Below, piece by piece: positions 38,668-51,592 of a stretch of 64,000 nt of DNA. Source of the DNA: a virus; IMG/VR virus record IMGVR_UViG_3300037010_002464; one strand, 5' to 3'. Positions within the stretch are counted from its first letter, which is position 1. The number at the start of each line of letters is the position of its first letter. The notes beneath the pieces are model-generated. The model saw only the letters and a list, made by a program, of their open reading frames with translations. It ran no database searches and was not told the origin of the DNA. Made by a program: the position numbers and the translations under genes.

Positions 38668-39597
38668 TCAGAGAGTCAGCATGAGAGCTTGCTGAATGGT
38701 GACGCCCGAGTACACGCCGATGGAGTCGATGCACTTTGCGTCATTCGGGTTCAAGATCTCGACATAAGCTGTGTGCATGTTGGCAGAGCTGCCGATATTA
38801 GCGGACTGGCCTACTTGAGCGCCGTTCGCCATCGAGATAGTGGTTGACGCCGTGACATAGATTCCGATCTTGTTAGTGCCTGGCGTGAGCGGGAAGCGAG
38901 GCAGGTTGTTGTTGCCCGTCTCACCGACCTGCTTGATCTCAACGAGCCCGTCGGAAGCTACCGTTAGCTTTGTCTCAGACAATGATGAACCGTACAAGCC
39001 GAACCGCACGTAGCTGGTGGCTGGGTTACCTGCGGTCTCGCTGTTTGTCGCGGTCATTGTAACGAAGTAAGGGAATGACGTGACGAAGGGCGTTCTAGAA
39101 GGCGTTGCATGACATTCCAGCAGCACAGGCAGGTTATCTATCGTCGCTGGGCCAAAGAGCGCCTTGTACATGACTTTCCCAGCGTTCTTGGCGTCACCTG
39201 TGGTTGTTACCCACTGTGACAGCCCAGTTACCACAGGGAAGGTAGTCAGGGTGCTGGTTGTCGGATCCGTGCCGTCAACCGAGTTGAACTGGTCATAAAG
39301 CAGTGCTGCTGGACCCACTGTTGAGATCGAGCATGAGGTTGACACGCACTTGTACCAGCCGTATGGGAAGCTGATGCCCCATGACGGGCCAAAGACGCCG
39401 CCGATCTCAGTGCCGCCGTTATAGAACTCTTGGATCTGGTTTAGGTTGCCGGTTGCATCAGATGATGTGCCTGCAACCGGTCGTTCAGCATTAACCTGCC
39501 CGACATCATTGAAGATGAGCAAGCGGTATGGGATCGGCGGAATGTCGCCGGTTAGCTTCTTGACCCAGTAGGGGCCTAGCTTCTCCGGAGTTGTCAT
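38668..39597 (-). CDS. Virion structural protein
   Basis: 309 aa in fibre operon; N-terminal repeat related to the neighbour (QEFYNGGT...WGISF). Confidence 0.68.
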   Translation of the reverse strand: MTTPEKLGPYWVKKLTGDIPPIPYRLLIFNDVGQVNAERPVAGTSSDATGNLNQIQEFYNGGTEIGGVFGPSWGISFPYGWYKCVSTSCSISTVGPAALLYDQFNSVDGTDPTTSTLTTFPVVTGLSQWVTTTGDAKNAGKVMYKALFGPATIDNLPVLLECHATPSRTPFVTSFPYFVTMTATNSETAGNPATSYVRFGLYGSSLSETKLTVASDGLVEIKQVGETGNNNLPRFPLTPGTNKIGIYVTASTTISMANGAQVGQSANIGSSANMHTAYVEILNPNDAKCIDSIGVYSGVTIQQALMLTL

Positions 39598-40058
39598 ACG
39601 TGAACGACGGGAACGATGTCTCGATATGCTACAACGTTACGCATGTCGCCGGCAGCTGGGATAGCGATGACAGTCACCTTGGCTTCATTTGCACAGACAA
39701 GCTGCAACGTAAATGCACCGGTTGACGGGTCACTAACTGATGAGCCAACGACAGCGTTATTTGTTTGGCTGATTGCAATGACCGTGCGTGCAATGCCGGT
39801 ACCCGCCCCGTTTTGTACGAAGCCGCGGAGCTCTTTAGTATTTGGGTACAGGTCAAAGGATGACCGATTGGCGTTATTGCCTAGAACAAACTCTGGCCAA
39901 CCTGTAGCTGTCCACAAGCTACCGCCAAAAGCGCCAGGGATTCGGTCAGTGTAGCCCTTTGTGAAGGCGCGTCCGATTGTTTGAACAGCGCCAGCTTGCG
40001 TGACCTGCGCGGCGATTCGCTGGTCAAACGTTGTGCCGACATATGAAAGAGCTGCCAT
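39594..40058 (-). CDS. Tail-fibre-associated small protein
   Basis: RGFVQ...ARTV...SDPSTGAF beta-sandwich of the type seen next to the paralogs below. Confidence 0.68.
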   Translation of the reverse strand: MAALSYVGTTFDQRIAAQVTQAGAVQTIGRAFTKGYTDRIPGAFGGSLWTATGWPEFVLGNNANRSSFDLYPNTKELRGFVQNGAGTGIARTVIAISQTNNAVVGSSVSDPSTGAFTLQLVCANEAKVTVIAIPAAGDMRNVVAYRDIVPVVHV

Positions 40059-40061
40059 GGC

Positions 40062-41036
40062 TTACCAGGTATCGCTGATTTCAATGAAGCACCGACCTGC
40101 TGTGCTGCCTGTGTACACAACAACGCAAAGCAGGGTCTTGCCAGCTACTACGCCGGTGCCGGTGATGATGTCGCCGTGCGAGCCGGCGAGAGACGAGATC
40201 GGAGCCCACATGCCTGGCATCCGCCCGCGCACGACATGGTAGCTGCTTGCCACAATCTCAGCAAGCTCAACCGACGTTAGTAAGATGCCGCCTGTCAGTG
40301 GGTCGGGATACGTGTTTGACGAGCTAGACGCGCCCATCGTAGTTACGCTGGCATACTGGCCTGGAAGCCCCTTGTGGAACTTAACGCCGCCCTGACCTTG
40401 GCCCAAGTAGCCACGGCAGATGTAGTGCCCGCTGGCTGCCGATGAGGAGATGCTGTTTGAGCAAGAGCCGAACTGTCCGGTACCGGCCGTTGTGTTCACA
40501 GGCCCGAAGATAGCCGTGTTGTATGTGTCGCCCGGACGGTAGCTAATGAAGTCACCGAAGAAGAACTGCCCGTTGCTCGAGTTTGTGGTGTTGGTCGAAG
40601 CCTCCCACGTAGTCGGGGTCGAGGTTGGCTCGATGAACATGTACATCGCGGTAGCCGATGTAATGATTACCCACGCACGAGCGGTAGCATCAGCGGTGCT
40701 GCTCTTCATGATCGGGTAGCCAGCCGCTTGCGAGAATGACGTGCCTAGGTCTTGTGAAAAATTATTGACTCCCACTGAGTCGCTTGACATCGTTTCATAG
40801 CCGTGGAAACGCGCTGGCGTAGCGTTTGAGTCATCCAGGCGCAGGTATCGTTGATTGCCGCCTGCAGTACGGTAAACAGCGATATTGGTAGCGCTATACG
40901 GCTTGGTCCAACCAGAACCAGTAGACGAGCCATAGCCGCTAATGAGGACCGAATCTAGCAAGGCTAGAAGGCTACCGGTTGTGCCGGAAAGGGTCGGCGC
41001 ACCTGCGTCGGACGAGCGATAAACGCGAACAGTCAT
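40062..41036 (-). CDS. Tail fibre/tip protein, paralog 3
   Basis: YRSSDAGAPTLSGTTGSLLALLDSVLISGYG. Confidence 0.8.
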   Translation of the reverse strand: MTVRVYRSSDAGAPTLSGTTGSLLALLDSVLISGYGSSTGSGWTKPYSATNIAVYRTAGGNQRYLRLDDSNATPARFHGYETMSSDSVGVNNFSQDLGTSFSQAAGYPIMKSSTADATARAWVIITSATAMYMFIEPTSTPTTWEASTNTTNSSNGQFFFGDFISYRPGDTYNTAIFGPVNTTAGTGQFGSCSNSISSSAASGHYICRGYLGQGQGGVKFHKGLPGQYASVTTMGASSSSNTYPDPLTGGILLTSVELAEIVASSYHVVRGRMPGMWAPISSLAGSHGDIITGTGVVAGKTLLCVVVYTGSTAGRCFIEISDTW

Positions 41037-41049
41037 ATGATCTCCTAAG

Positions 41050-41056
41050 CTATTTA
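41050..41056 (-). promoter_or_regulatory. Late promoter core TAAATAG overlapping a stop codon
   Basis: CTATTTA followed by an AGGAG RBS. Confidence 0.65.
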
Positions 41057-42034
41057 CCAGGTATTGCTAGTCTCGAGAAAGGCTTTCCCGGTGACAGTTG
41101 TAGTTAGCGCGTTGTTGCGCGTGTAAGCGGTGACAACGAGATAGGTCTGTGAAGCGGTGCCATTGAACGTATCACCGTGGTTGAAGCCAGTCTGTTGCGG
41201 AGCCCACAAGCCAGGCAGGTAGCCGCGCGCCACAATTATGTCCGTGGCTAGGTTAGGATTTTGTTGCAACCCACGTTCAGAAATTTGAATCCGTTGCATC
41301 GTGATCATTCCAGAGACAGGATCAGGATACGATGTCACAAAGCCGTTCCACACGCCCAGGGCAAAGTCCGAGTAGTTATTGCTGGCAAGGTACCGCATGG
41401 CTGACTTATAGCAACCGATTGACCTCTTTAGCTGCAGGATGCCGCGGCAGATGTAGTGGCCAAGATGACCTGCAGCCGGTGAGCCGCTTGAGTTTAGCTG
41501 TGCAAAGTTACCCATGCCAGCGGTGCTCGAAGTTGAGCCGATGATCATTGTGTTGAACTGGTCACCAGAACGATAGCTAATAAAGTCACCAAAGAAGAAC
41601 TGTCCGCATGATGAACCGGTTGTAGAACCTGCAGCCCACGCATTTCCAACCTCAGGGAAGAAGTAGAAGCAACGGTCATTACCCGCTAGGATCCAACCCG
41701 ACGTGCCGCCGCTGGTCTTTCGCAAGTACAAGCCACCCGATACCTGCGCATCAGTTGGGAACTGGTTAAAGCCTGTGCTCAATCCGGTCATTGACTCAAA
41801 ACCTACCACGCGTACAACTTGCGTGTCAGTATCGTCAACTCGGATGTAGTGCCTGTTACCGCCTGGTGCCCGGTAAACAGCAACATTGGTACCTGAATAG
41901 TCCTTGGTCCAACCAAGGCCTGTTTTTGAACCGTACCCTGTGACCAAGCATGCGTCAAGCAGCGCGATGAACGAACCTGCGCTGCTTGTCAGAGTCGGCG
42001 CGGAGGCATCGCTGTCATAGAAAGTTGTTGCCAT
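41054..42034 (-). CDS. Tail fibre/tip protein, paralog 2
   Basis: YDSDASAPTLTSSAGSFIALLDACLVTGYG. Confidence 0.8.
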   Translation of the reverse strand: MATTFYDSDASAPTLTSSAGSFIALLDACLVTGYGSKTGLGWTKDYSGTNVAVYRAPGGNRHYIRVDDTDTQVVRVVGFESMTGLSTGFNQFPTDAQVSGGLYLRKTSGGTSGWILAGNDRCFYFFPEVGNAWAAGSTTGSSCGQFFFGDFISYRSGDQFNTMIIGSTSSTAGMGNFAQLNSSGSPAAGHLGHYICRGILQLKRSIGCYKSAMRYLASNNYSDFALGVWNGFVTSYPDPVSGMITMQRIQISERGLQQNPNLATDIIVARGYLPGLWAPQQTGFNHGDTFNGTASQTYLVVTAYTRNNALTTTVTGKAFLETSNTW

Positions 42035-43053
42035 TATGCGTACCAGTTATCCGTTAGTTCGATGATGAAAGGGGCAACACCGTTGCTGCTGGTATAGTAG
42101 AACGTAAGGCCTATAAACTGGCGACCTGCATACGCGCCTGTACCGTTCCAAATATAGCCTGAATTTTCAAGACCACCGTTGATAACCGACGCAGCATATG
42201 TCAGGCCACCATAACCTCCTGGCAAACGGCCACGAATCAGCCATTGCACCAAATTGGTAGAATTTTCAGACTGCTCAGCAAGCTCAATGCCCACAATACC
42301 TACTTCGCCCGTACCCTGCTCAGGGAAACCCAAGAAGCCCGTAGAGTCAGGTGCCATGATAGTCATGCCGTTGACCATGCCGGTGACTTGGCATGCACAA
42401 GGGTGAGAGATCTTAGCACCGTTGTAGTTGCGCGCCATCCAGTGATTGGACATCGTTGTCCCCCAGGTTGATTCAGAGCCTAAGCCTTGATACAGTGTAT
42501 TTGTCAGGTTGGTCAGCAGGAAGCAATTGTACGTGTCCGTAGTCTGCTTGTGACTCTTGATCTCGCCAAAGAACCACATATCAAACGCTTGGTTCAAGCC
42601 AGAACCGGTGATTTGTGTATAGACAGCCGACGAGCTAGCGCTGCCGCACATGAAGTAAAACGCGCGGTCATGAACGATGGCCATCCACGGGCGCGCGGTT
42701 GCGCTAACTGTTGAGCTTTTATTAACGGTCTGCCCGTTTGTTGCTTGAGCGACGCTTGGAAACGGATTCGTGCCATCATCCGTTGCGTCAGTCATTGTCT
42801 CATAGCCGCGCAGCTCGGCAAAGGCGGCTGTCACAAAAGTAGCTGAATCATCAACCATCAAGTAATAGCGGGTGCCGGTTGCTGCACGATATGAAGCGGT
42901 GTTGGTACCTGCAAATGCTTTTGACCAGCCAGCGCCAGGCTGCGAGCCGTAACCGTTCACAAGCACAGCATCGAGCAGCGCGACAAGCGCGCCGGCGGTG
43001 CCGCTCAAGACCGGCGCTCCAGTATCTGTTGACTTATAAAGGCGAACTGTCAT
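42034..43053 (-). CDS. Tail fibre/tip protein, paralog 1
   Basis: YKSTDTGAPVLSGTAGALVALLDAVLVNGYG. Confidence 0.8.
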   Translation of the reverse strand: MTVRLYKSTDTGAPVLSGTAGALVALLDAVLVNGYGSQPGAGWSKAFAGTNTASYRAATGTRYYLMVDDSATFVTAAFAELRGYETMTDATDDGTNPFPSVAQATNGQTVNKSSTVSATARPWMAIVHDRAFYFMCGSASSSAVYTQITGSGLNQAFDMWFFGEIKSHKQTTDTYNCFLLTNLTNTLYQGLGSESTWGTTMSNHWMARNYNGAKISHPCACQVTGMVNGMTIMAPDSTGFLGFPEQGTGEVGIVGIELAEQSENSTNLVQWLIRGRLPGGYGGLTYAASVINGGLENSGYIWNGTGAYAGRQFIGLTFYYTSSNGVAPFIIELTDNWYA

Positions 43054-43214
43054 ACAGTAGGTGGTGTGTAGTTTGAGTTGGAAAACTGCAGGATCAAGCT
43101 GTCACCGGCTTGAGGCGTATATGTCAGGCTGGTCTGCTTAAGCACCAAGTTGAGCGGCATGGTAGACAGCCGAAGTTCGGCTGAAACTACAGCATTTGAA
43201 AAGCCATTGTTCAC
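43050..43214 (-). CDS. Small 54 aa protein filling an operon gap
   Basis: GTGA and ATGA overlaps at both ends; ends [23 protein letters not shown]. Confidence 0.45.
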   Translation of the reverse strand: MNNGFSNAVVSAELRLSTMPLNLVLKQTSLTYTPQAGDSLILQFSNSNYTPPTV

Positions 43215-44446
43215 GCTACGTCTCCTGTCACGTCCCAGGTATCTGAACCCACGTACATCGCTAGGATGACAGCGCCGCGGCGACCCGTCGCGCCCGCATA
43301 CCCAACGGGGATGTTGAGCGTCACACCGCCTGCTGGTGAAAGCGTAATCTGACCTGTGCCGACTTGTCGAACGCTGATAAACTGCCCGAGCGTGAACGGC
43401 ACGGTCGAGTTGAGTGGCACCGACACGATACCTGCACCTGACACATTGATGCGGATTAAGCCACCGGCGTCAGCAAGCAAGAAGCTCTCAGTTGTCGATG
43501 TAGAGTTCCGAAAGGCGATGGCTGTTGCCCCGCCTGCTGGACCGGTTGGGCCAGGACCTCCCATGCCGTTAGCGCCGGTCGGACCCGTCGGACCACCGAA
43601 CGCTCCTGTTGGGCCAAGCGGGCCTGTTGGGCCGGTGACATTTGAAGCAGCGCCGGTTGGGCCGGTGACTGAGTCGCCGGTTGGGCCGGTGATGCTTAGG
43701 CCGTTAAGGCCGGTTGGACCTGCATTCCCGGTTGCGCCCTTAGCGCCAGTTGGGCCTGTCAAAGACGGTCCTGTTGGGCCGCGGGCGCCGGCAGGACCAG
43801 CCGGGCCTGTAGCCAGGATCGAGCCAGTGACCGAAACACCGAAGCCGAACAGGTTGCCCTCGATATCCCACTCGTTGGCACCTACCTTCGTGACTGAGAC
43901 CTTGCCGTAGCGTTGGCCGATCTGGAGGGTGCCGCCAGGCGAGTTGAGGGTAACCGAGCCGTTCTTTGGGGTGATAAATGTAGGGTCAGTGCCTACTTGC
44001 GACGCCACCACGGTCGTGCCGATGGGGAAGTTAACCGTTGCGTCATCAGGAATGACCAGCGATGCATTGACTCCACCTGTGCTGTTAAAGCGGAACAAGT
44101 AAGAGACATCCGTGATGACAAGCTCGTAGTTAACGGCCTTCGTGCGGATACGGGGCGACGACAAGTCAAAGTAGGTACCGCTGTCAACTACGGACGGGTA
44201 TTCGATGGTGTCTCGGGTGGCGTTGTAACGTACAGGGCTCGAGCCGATAGGGATCCACGTGTCCCGGGCGGCGTTCATGATGTAGGCTACATCCTCCTCC
44301 AGGTCTGCAACGATCTGGCCACCGTAACGGCGAGGTGAAGTCAGGTAGTCGAGCCGCTCAGCCGTTGTCGCAAACGAGCTATCGATGTCAATCGGAACTG
44401 AGTCCTGCCGCTTATACTGGAGCGGAAAGAGAGTAAGCGCAGCCAT
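43211..44446 (-). CDS. Collagen-like fibre protein with duplicated globular domains
   Basis: GPT/GAT triplets flanked by two copies of a ...FxxG...QVGT...VTLN.P...W(D/E)xxG domain. Confidence 0.85.
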   Translation of the reverse strand: MAALTLFPLQYKRQDSVPIDIDSSFATTAERLDYLTSPRRYGGQIVADLEEDVAYIMNAARDTWIPIGSSPVRYNATRDTIEYPSVVDSGTYFDLSSPRIRTKAVNYELVITDVSYLFRFNSTGGVNASLVIPDDATVNFPIGTTVVASQVGTDPTFITPKNGSVTLNSPGGTLQIGQRYGKVSVTKVGANEWDIEGNLFGFGVSVTGSILATGPAGPAGARGPTGPSLTGPTGAKGATGNAGPTGLNGLSITGPTGDSVTGPTGAASNVTGPTGPLGPTGAFGGPTGPTGANGMGGPGPTGPAGGATAIAFRNSTSTTESFLLADAGGLIRINVSGAGIVSVPLNSTVPFTLGQFISVRQVGTGQITLSPAGGVTLNIPVGYAGATGRRGAVILAMYVGSDTWDVTGDVA

Positions 44447-46359
44447 TAGATGAAGACCCTGTAGTGGTTCGTGATCGAGAAGGGCTCAACCGGGGTATAG
44501 GTGTAGACTCGGTAGGTTATGGGGCCGTACCCATTATTGCCGTACACTTGCATCGAGCTTTCTACAAAGTTGCCCTTAACTTCAGAGTCAGCGAGCTCTT
44601 GATAACGCACGGAGGCAACCGCTCGCCGGTCCGCTGGGTATGCAAAAGTTACGCTAGGTGAGCCAGGCGGGATCGTAATGACAAAGTTCGGAAGAATCGA
44701 CCCACCGATGGCTACACCGGCTGAATCCACCGTAGCATTTACGTCTGAGCTAAACGTCGGTGTCAGGTTGTTTCGCACGTCGGCGCCGGTCATCGGCGCG
44801 CCTTCAGATGGCGAGCCATAGTATGCCAGCCATTTACCTACATAAGAGATGGAATTTGAGGGCGCTGTACCTGCAAGAATATGGCCAGTGCAATCCTCAA
44901 CGCCCATGTTGTTGAGCTTGCAGTCGCCCTCGTTATAGCTCGTCGTACCCGAATAGACAACAGGCGAGAGCGTCTGTTGTATAAAATTGTCGGTGTTCGG
45001 GTAGCTAGTTGCAAGCAGCACCGAGTTCTTTGACAGCGTAGTGCCGTTTTCAGGGCCACCGTCCCCTGGGTTGTAGCTTCGGTTGACCTCGATGTCCAAG
45101 AACGTGCCGATCTCAGACACAGTAATTGAACCGATTTGATAGCTGTTCAGCAGCGGAATCTGAGATGACGGGTCCGGGTCAGGGATGCTGTTGCCTGTGA
45201 TGCCCATTGACGGCGCAACATAGCCAGGAGGCAGGGTACGCTGCGAGACTAGCAGCACAAACTGCGAGAATGTCAAGCCTTGAGTGAAGGTAAAGCCCTC
45301 ATCGACCGCGCCGACGGAAGTGCCGATGACCTCAACGTCTTGGTCAAGCGGGCCCATGCCTTGACCGCCCATGCCTGCGGCGCCGAAGCGGTCAATGTCA
45401 AGCTGAATCGAGACCTCAGAGAGGATCGTGCCGACCTTTAGCTCGCCTAGCTGCGTTGCGTTGGACGGCGGACCCTGGTACAGCACGCCGTTCACGCCGC
45501 AGAAGATGTCCTTGCCGAGCGAGAAGTCCCAGTTCCACTGGTCATTGTAAAGGATGCCGTCCTGCAGGTACTCGACCACGTCTCCGACGGCGGCTTCATG
45601 CGTAGAGATGCCGATCGGCCACTTCATGGCGTCAACGGGGCTTGCGAGTGCGGCGGTTGACAGGTTGATGTTGGTGACGCACACGAAGGCCGGAATCGGC
45701 TCTTGGGCGATCATCGCTGTCGAGCCAGCCTCGAGGTTGACCGGCGAGCTGTAGCGGCCAGTGTTGATGACGATGTTCGTCGCCGAAGTCAGCAGGGTGC
45801 CGTCGTCAAGCCTGATCGCTTTCAGGTCCTCGCCGTAGGTGATGTAACCCGCAGTGACGTTGACGTTTAAGCCCACCTGCGAGCCGAAGCTCCGGTGCGT
45901 GATGACTTGTGTGCTCGGGCCAAACGAAGCGGCGAAGACGCGGCAGCACTGCTTCCAGGTCGTCGAGTCCCAGTAGTACATGATGTGCTCGTTCGTGTTG
46001 AACCAGCACTGGTCAACACGTTGGCCTGTAGGCGCTGTCGGGCCGTAGGTGACCGACCACGGCGTGTAGCCCTTGGTCACATGACCTGTAGCCAGGTTGA
46101 TGTCCCAATACAGCTGATAGGTGATCAGCGAAGGAGGCGCGCCCCAAATAGGCAGCCAGTTGAACGGGCCCCATGACTGGGACTGGTTCACGCGCTCCTC
46201 GATGAGGTAATCCTTGTCACGATACGCGGCAGCCACGATCAACCACGGCGACGTGATGTTCACGTTTACGGTGCTATGGGTGTTGTTGTAGGTGAGGAAG
46301 TCGGGCTTGGACAGGATAGACCGAGCGCGAACGATGCCTTGACGAAAGTTGAGTTGCAT
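44446..46359 (-). CDS. Virion structural protein; N-terminal half paralogous to 48349-49716
   Basis: QGI...WGP...LYWDIN.AT...EPIPA shared. Confidence 0.8.
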   Translation of the reverse strand: MQLNFRQGIVRARSILSKPDFLTYNNTHSTVNVNITSPWLIVAAAYRDKDYLIEERVNQSQSWGPFNWLPIWGAPPSLITYQLYWDINLATGHVTKGYTPWSVTYGPTAPTGQRVDQCWFNTNEHIMYYWDSTTWKQCCRVFAASFGPSTQVITHRSFGSQVGLNVNVTAGYITYGEDLKAIRLDDGTLLTSATNIVINTGRYSSPVNLEAGSTAMIAQEPIPAFVCVTNINLSTAALASPVDAMKWPIGISTHEAAVGDVVEYLQDGILYNDQWNWDFSLGKDIFCGVNGVLYQGPPSNATQLGELKVGTILSEVSIQLDIDRFGAAGMGGQGMGPLDQDVEVIGTSVGAVDEGFTFTQGLTFSQFVLLVSQRTLPPGYVAPSMGITGNSIPDPDPSSQIPLLNSYQIGSITVSEIGTFLDIEVNRSYNPGDGGPENGTTLSKNSVLLATSYPNTDNFIQQTLSPVVYSGTTSYNEGDCKLNNMGVEDCTGHILAGTAPSNSISYVGKWLAYYGSPSEGAPMTGADVRNNLTPTFSSDVNATVDSAGVAIGGSILPNFVITIPPGSPSVTFAYPADRRAVASVRYQELADSEVKGNFVESSMQVYGNNGYGPITYRVYTYTPVEPFSITNHYRVFI

Positions 46360-46368
46360 AACTAGCCG

Positions 46369-46372
46369 CTAT

Positions 46373-46375
<3 letters not shown>
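46369..46375 (-). promoter_or_regulatory. Late promoter core TAAATAG
   Basis: CTATTTA overlapping the upstream stop. Confidence 0.65.
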
Positions 46376-48348
<1,973 letters not shown>

Positions 48349-48352
<4 letters not shown>

Positions 48353-49716
48353 TGTGGAACGATCATCCAAGAGATCAGCGATGTATCAGCCGCCTGAACA
48401 GCACCGAGATAGTCTCGAGAGGTAATCGTGAAGCTGTTTTCAAGCTTCACGATTGAGTAGCTGCAACCGATGGTGCCGCCGTCTGACAGCCGGTTGACAA
48501 ACACAAGGTCAGAGTCGCCCATCGTAGCTGTGACTGTAGCCGTACCGTTGACAAGCGTAGTGATGCCGACGGTTGTCGTAGTTTGCGGCGCTGGGCCAGT
48601 CGGACCTTCGGGACCCGTTGGCCCAGCAGAACCGTCTGCCCCTGTCGGGCCAGCGGCTCCAGCTGGGCCGGTAGAACCTACACCCCCTAAGGCTCCGGTC
48701 GGGCCGGTAAGGCCGCGCGGGCCCGTCGGGCCTGCATCGCCGCCACCAGGGCCAGTAGGACCGACAACCGAAGACATGTTGTCCAGCATGAAGCTGAGCA
48801 ACAGCGACTTGTGGCCTCGTACCACGCCGACGGCTTGCGCGATGCTATTGAACGGCCGGGAGGTCGTAACGGCGCCGCCTGAGTCGAGCCAAAGCAGCTT
48901 GCCGATGTCTTCATCATCGAAGTCAAACTGGTCATTGATGACCACGCCGCTCGACACGACATGTGCAGGCAGACCTGTGCCTGTTGCCTGCCGAACATAG
49001 CCAGACGCCCACCGATCAAGGTCAGGGTCAGCGACTACGAGTGCACCTGGCGCTTGAATGGCGACAAATGAGCCGGCTGGGATCGGCTCAGCGGCCAGCG
49101 TGTACTCCTGCTCGGCATCGAGCGAGACCACGTTGTCGAAGCCGCCGACTATGACCTTGAAGCCGTTGGCCGAGTTGATGAAGGTGCCGTCAAGCGGGTC
49201 TTGCACGCCGCGGCCGCTCAGGCCGTACACGATGTAGCCGGCGCTAGAAGGAGTGGCAAGACCTACCTGTGACGCAAACGGCCAAGGCTCTACGGCGAGG
49301 TTCAGCACGTGGCCAGCAAACACTCGGATCTTAGGGACCCAGGCGCCGTCGTAGCCGTAGTACATGACCTTTTCTGTCGTGTTGAAGTAGTGGAGGCCGT
49401 TCGTAACAGTCAACGGCATCAACGGGCCATACTGCGGCGCCGTAGTTGTGAAGCCGCGTGAGACAGCGGCTGTTGCGGTGTTGATGTCCCAATAGAGCCA
49501 TGCGTTGCCTGTTGTCGGCAGCGGGCCCCAAGCGTGCGAGACGTTATATGGCTCGTCAAGCAGGTAGTTTCGAGTCTTGTGAGCGGTCGTAGCGAGGAGC
49601 TTTTGATCCGTGACGTAGATGTCAACGTAAGCTCCGTCCATCTGAAGAAACAGGCGCGCATTGCCAGGCAGGGCGGTCTGTCCCTTAAGAATGCCTTGAA
49701 TGTACGGTACCTGCAT
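48349..49716 (-). CDS. Virion protein with a short collagen-like tract
   Basis: [23 protein letters not shown]...; first gene after late promoter 49780-49786. Confidence 0.85.
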
Positions 49717-49742
49717 GAAGACCCTCTTAAAATGCTTCTATG

Positions 49743-49811
49743 TGACAGCCATAGATATAATGTCTGTCGGTCAATCCCTCTATTTATGCATAGAGGGCTG
49801 ACAGCTATAGA
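49743..49811. promoter_or_regulatory. Divergent control region: late core TAAATAG (-, 49780-49786) in a hairpin, flanked by 13-bp direct repeats
   Basis: TGACAGCCATAGA (49743) and TGACAGCTATAGA (49799); CCCTCTAT/ATAGAGGG arms. Confidence 0.6.
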
Positions 49812-49822
49812 ATAGGATACAC

Positions 49823-51589
49823 ATGCCGTATAGCTCAGAATCGGGTAAGCCGATCATCAAAGCCGTCCTCCAACGGCTCGCAAGCCGTCGCAAGAATGAA
49901 GAGCTCAAAGCTCTCGACATTGGTGCGGGTAGTGGGACCTACCCGAAGCTCGTCAACCAGCTCTTTCCAAAGATCGCTTGGACAGGGGTTGAAATCTGGG
50001 AGCCGTATGTCGAACAGTTTGGCCTCAACGAGCTATATGACCAGCTGCTAATCCAGGACGCGCAGTCAGCCATGGCTTGGCTGCTCACCGAACAGCAGCA
50101 TCTTCAGCGCTTCGACCTGATCTTCATCGGTGACGTGCTTGAGCACATGACACGACCTGTTGCGCTGTACGTGCTCAACATGGCGAAGCAGCTGCTCAGC
50201 GAACGTGGCATGCTGATTGTGTCGGTGCCTATCGGCGACTACCCCCAAGGCGAGTACTTGGGCAACCCGCACGAAGCGCACGTTGACACCTGGTTGACCC
50301 TTAAGGAGCTAGAGCTGGCGTTAATGCCCGAGTCTGTCAAGAGCGGTCACATTGGGCCGTGGTCATCACGGGCTGTGCAAGATAATGAGATCGGCGTGGG
50401 CTTCTACTACGCATCGCATATCTACGGCACGCTTCGACCTAGCATTGGCGCTTACCTGATTTGCAAGAACGAGGGTGAGTTCATCAATCGTTGCTTAGAC
50501 AGCCTGGATGACTGCAATGTCGTTATCGCTTGCGACACCGGCTCGACCGATGACACGCTTGCCAGGCTCAATACGTATGCCGAGTCGCCTGACTTCGGCC
50601 CAGAGATGCAAGTGCACGAGCTTTGCGTCTCTCCTTGGCGCTTTGATGACGCGCGCAACGCCGCGCTCAGCTTCATGCCGAGCGACATCGACTTGTGCAT
50701 CTCAATCGATGCCGATGAGACTCTCGAAGGCTCATTCGTGCCTGACCTGCGCAAAGCGTGGTGGGACACCTTCTGGCAAGGTAAAATCATCGACCGGGTC
50801 TACCACTCGTTTTCGACCCACTGGAACTGGGACAAGCCTGACGAAGCCCCGAACGTCTCGAACCACTTCCATGAGCGGATCCATAGCCGGTTCGGCTACC
50901 GCTGGTTCCACCCAGTGCATGAGAAGCTGGTAGCGAGCAATGAAGCTTGCGCGATCTGGCGCACTGGCCTGCTGATGAAGCAACAGCCTGACAATAGCAA
51001 GAGCAGGTCATCCTACTTGCCGCTGCTCGAACAGGCTGTCAAAGAGGACCCGACCGACTGGAAGCTGTGGTCCTTCTTATCGAGCGACCTCGCTGCAGCC
51101 GGACGAATTGATGAGGCTCTGGCAGCCCTTGAAACTTGCGGCCAACAGCCTGAGGCTGACAAGGCGTTCATCTGCTGGCGTAAAGCAGGCCTCTATGAGC
51201 ACAAGGGCGACATCGACAAGGCCTTGGTTGAGCTCGAAAGCTCAACCAAGCTGAAGCGAATCCGTGAAAGCTTCGTGCTGTGGGCTGAGATGCTTGAACG
51301 GCATGCCAGGCCAGCACAGAACGCCTGGCATGCAGCTCTTCGCTGTGAACAACCCACCCAAGGCTACATGCGGCGCGAGGACGTGTGGACGCCTGAGTTC
51401 AAGGCGATGCTCGAAGAGAAGGTGGACTGGGAGCCACCTAACTTTGTCTACAATGCAGGCGGCGAGCTGCTCAAGCTCTATAACGCGGGCTCGATCGGCG
51501 CCGATGAGTACTTGTCGGTGATGAACGCGCTCGGCGCCGCCATCGATCCAGCAACATTCAAAGCCTCAGAGGCAGAACGGAAGACCTAA
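49823..51589 (+). CDS. SAM methyltransferase + GT2 glycosyltransferase + TPR fusion
   Basis: LDIGAGSG, GVEIW, GDVLEHM; ICKNE, DTGSTDDT, PWRFDDARN, IDADE, WFHPVHE; helical TPR-like tail. Confidence 0.9.
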   Translation: MPYSSESGKPIIKAVLQRLASRRKNEELKALDIGAGSGTYPKLVNQLFPKIAWTGVEIWEPYVEQFGLNELYDQLLIQDAQSAMAWLLTEQQHLQRFDLIFIGDVLEHMTRPVALYVLNMAKQLLSERGMLIVSVPIGDYPQGEYLGNPHEAHVDTWLTLKELELALMPESVKSGHIGPWSSRAVQDNEIGVGFYYASHIYGTLRPSIGAYLICKNEGEFINRCLDSLDDCNVVIACDTGSTDDTLARLNTYAESPDFGPEMQVHELCVSPWRFDDARNAALSFMPSDIDLCISIDADETLEGSFVPDLRKAWWDTFWQGKIIDRVYHSFSTHWNWDKPDEAPNVSNHFHERIHSRFGYRWFHPVHEKLVASNEACAIWRTGLLMKQQPDNSKSRSSYLPLLEQAVKEDPTDWKLWSFLSSDLAAAGRIDEALAALETCGQQPEADKAFICWRKAGLYEHKGDIDKALVELESSTKLKRIRESFVLWAEMLERHARPAQNAWHAALRCEQPTQGYMRREDVWTPEFKAMLEEKVDWEPPNFVYNAGGELLKLYNAGSIGADEYLSVMNALGAAIDPATFKASEAERKT

Positions 51590-51592
51590 GTA

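Noticed and set aside
4546-43053. Diversity-generating retroelement or invertible cassette driving the paralog families
   Set aside because: No reverse transcriptase, recombinase or near-identical template/variable repeat pair seen in the window
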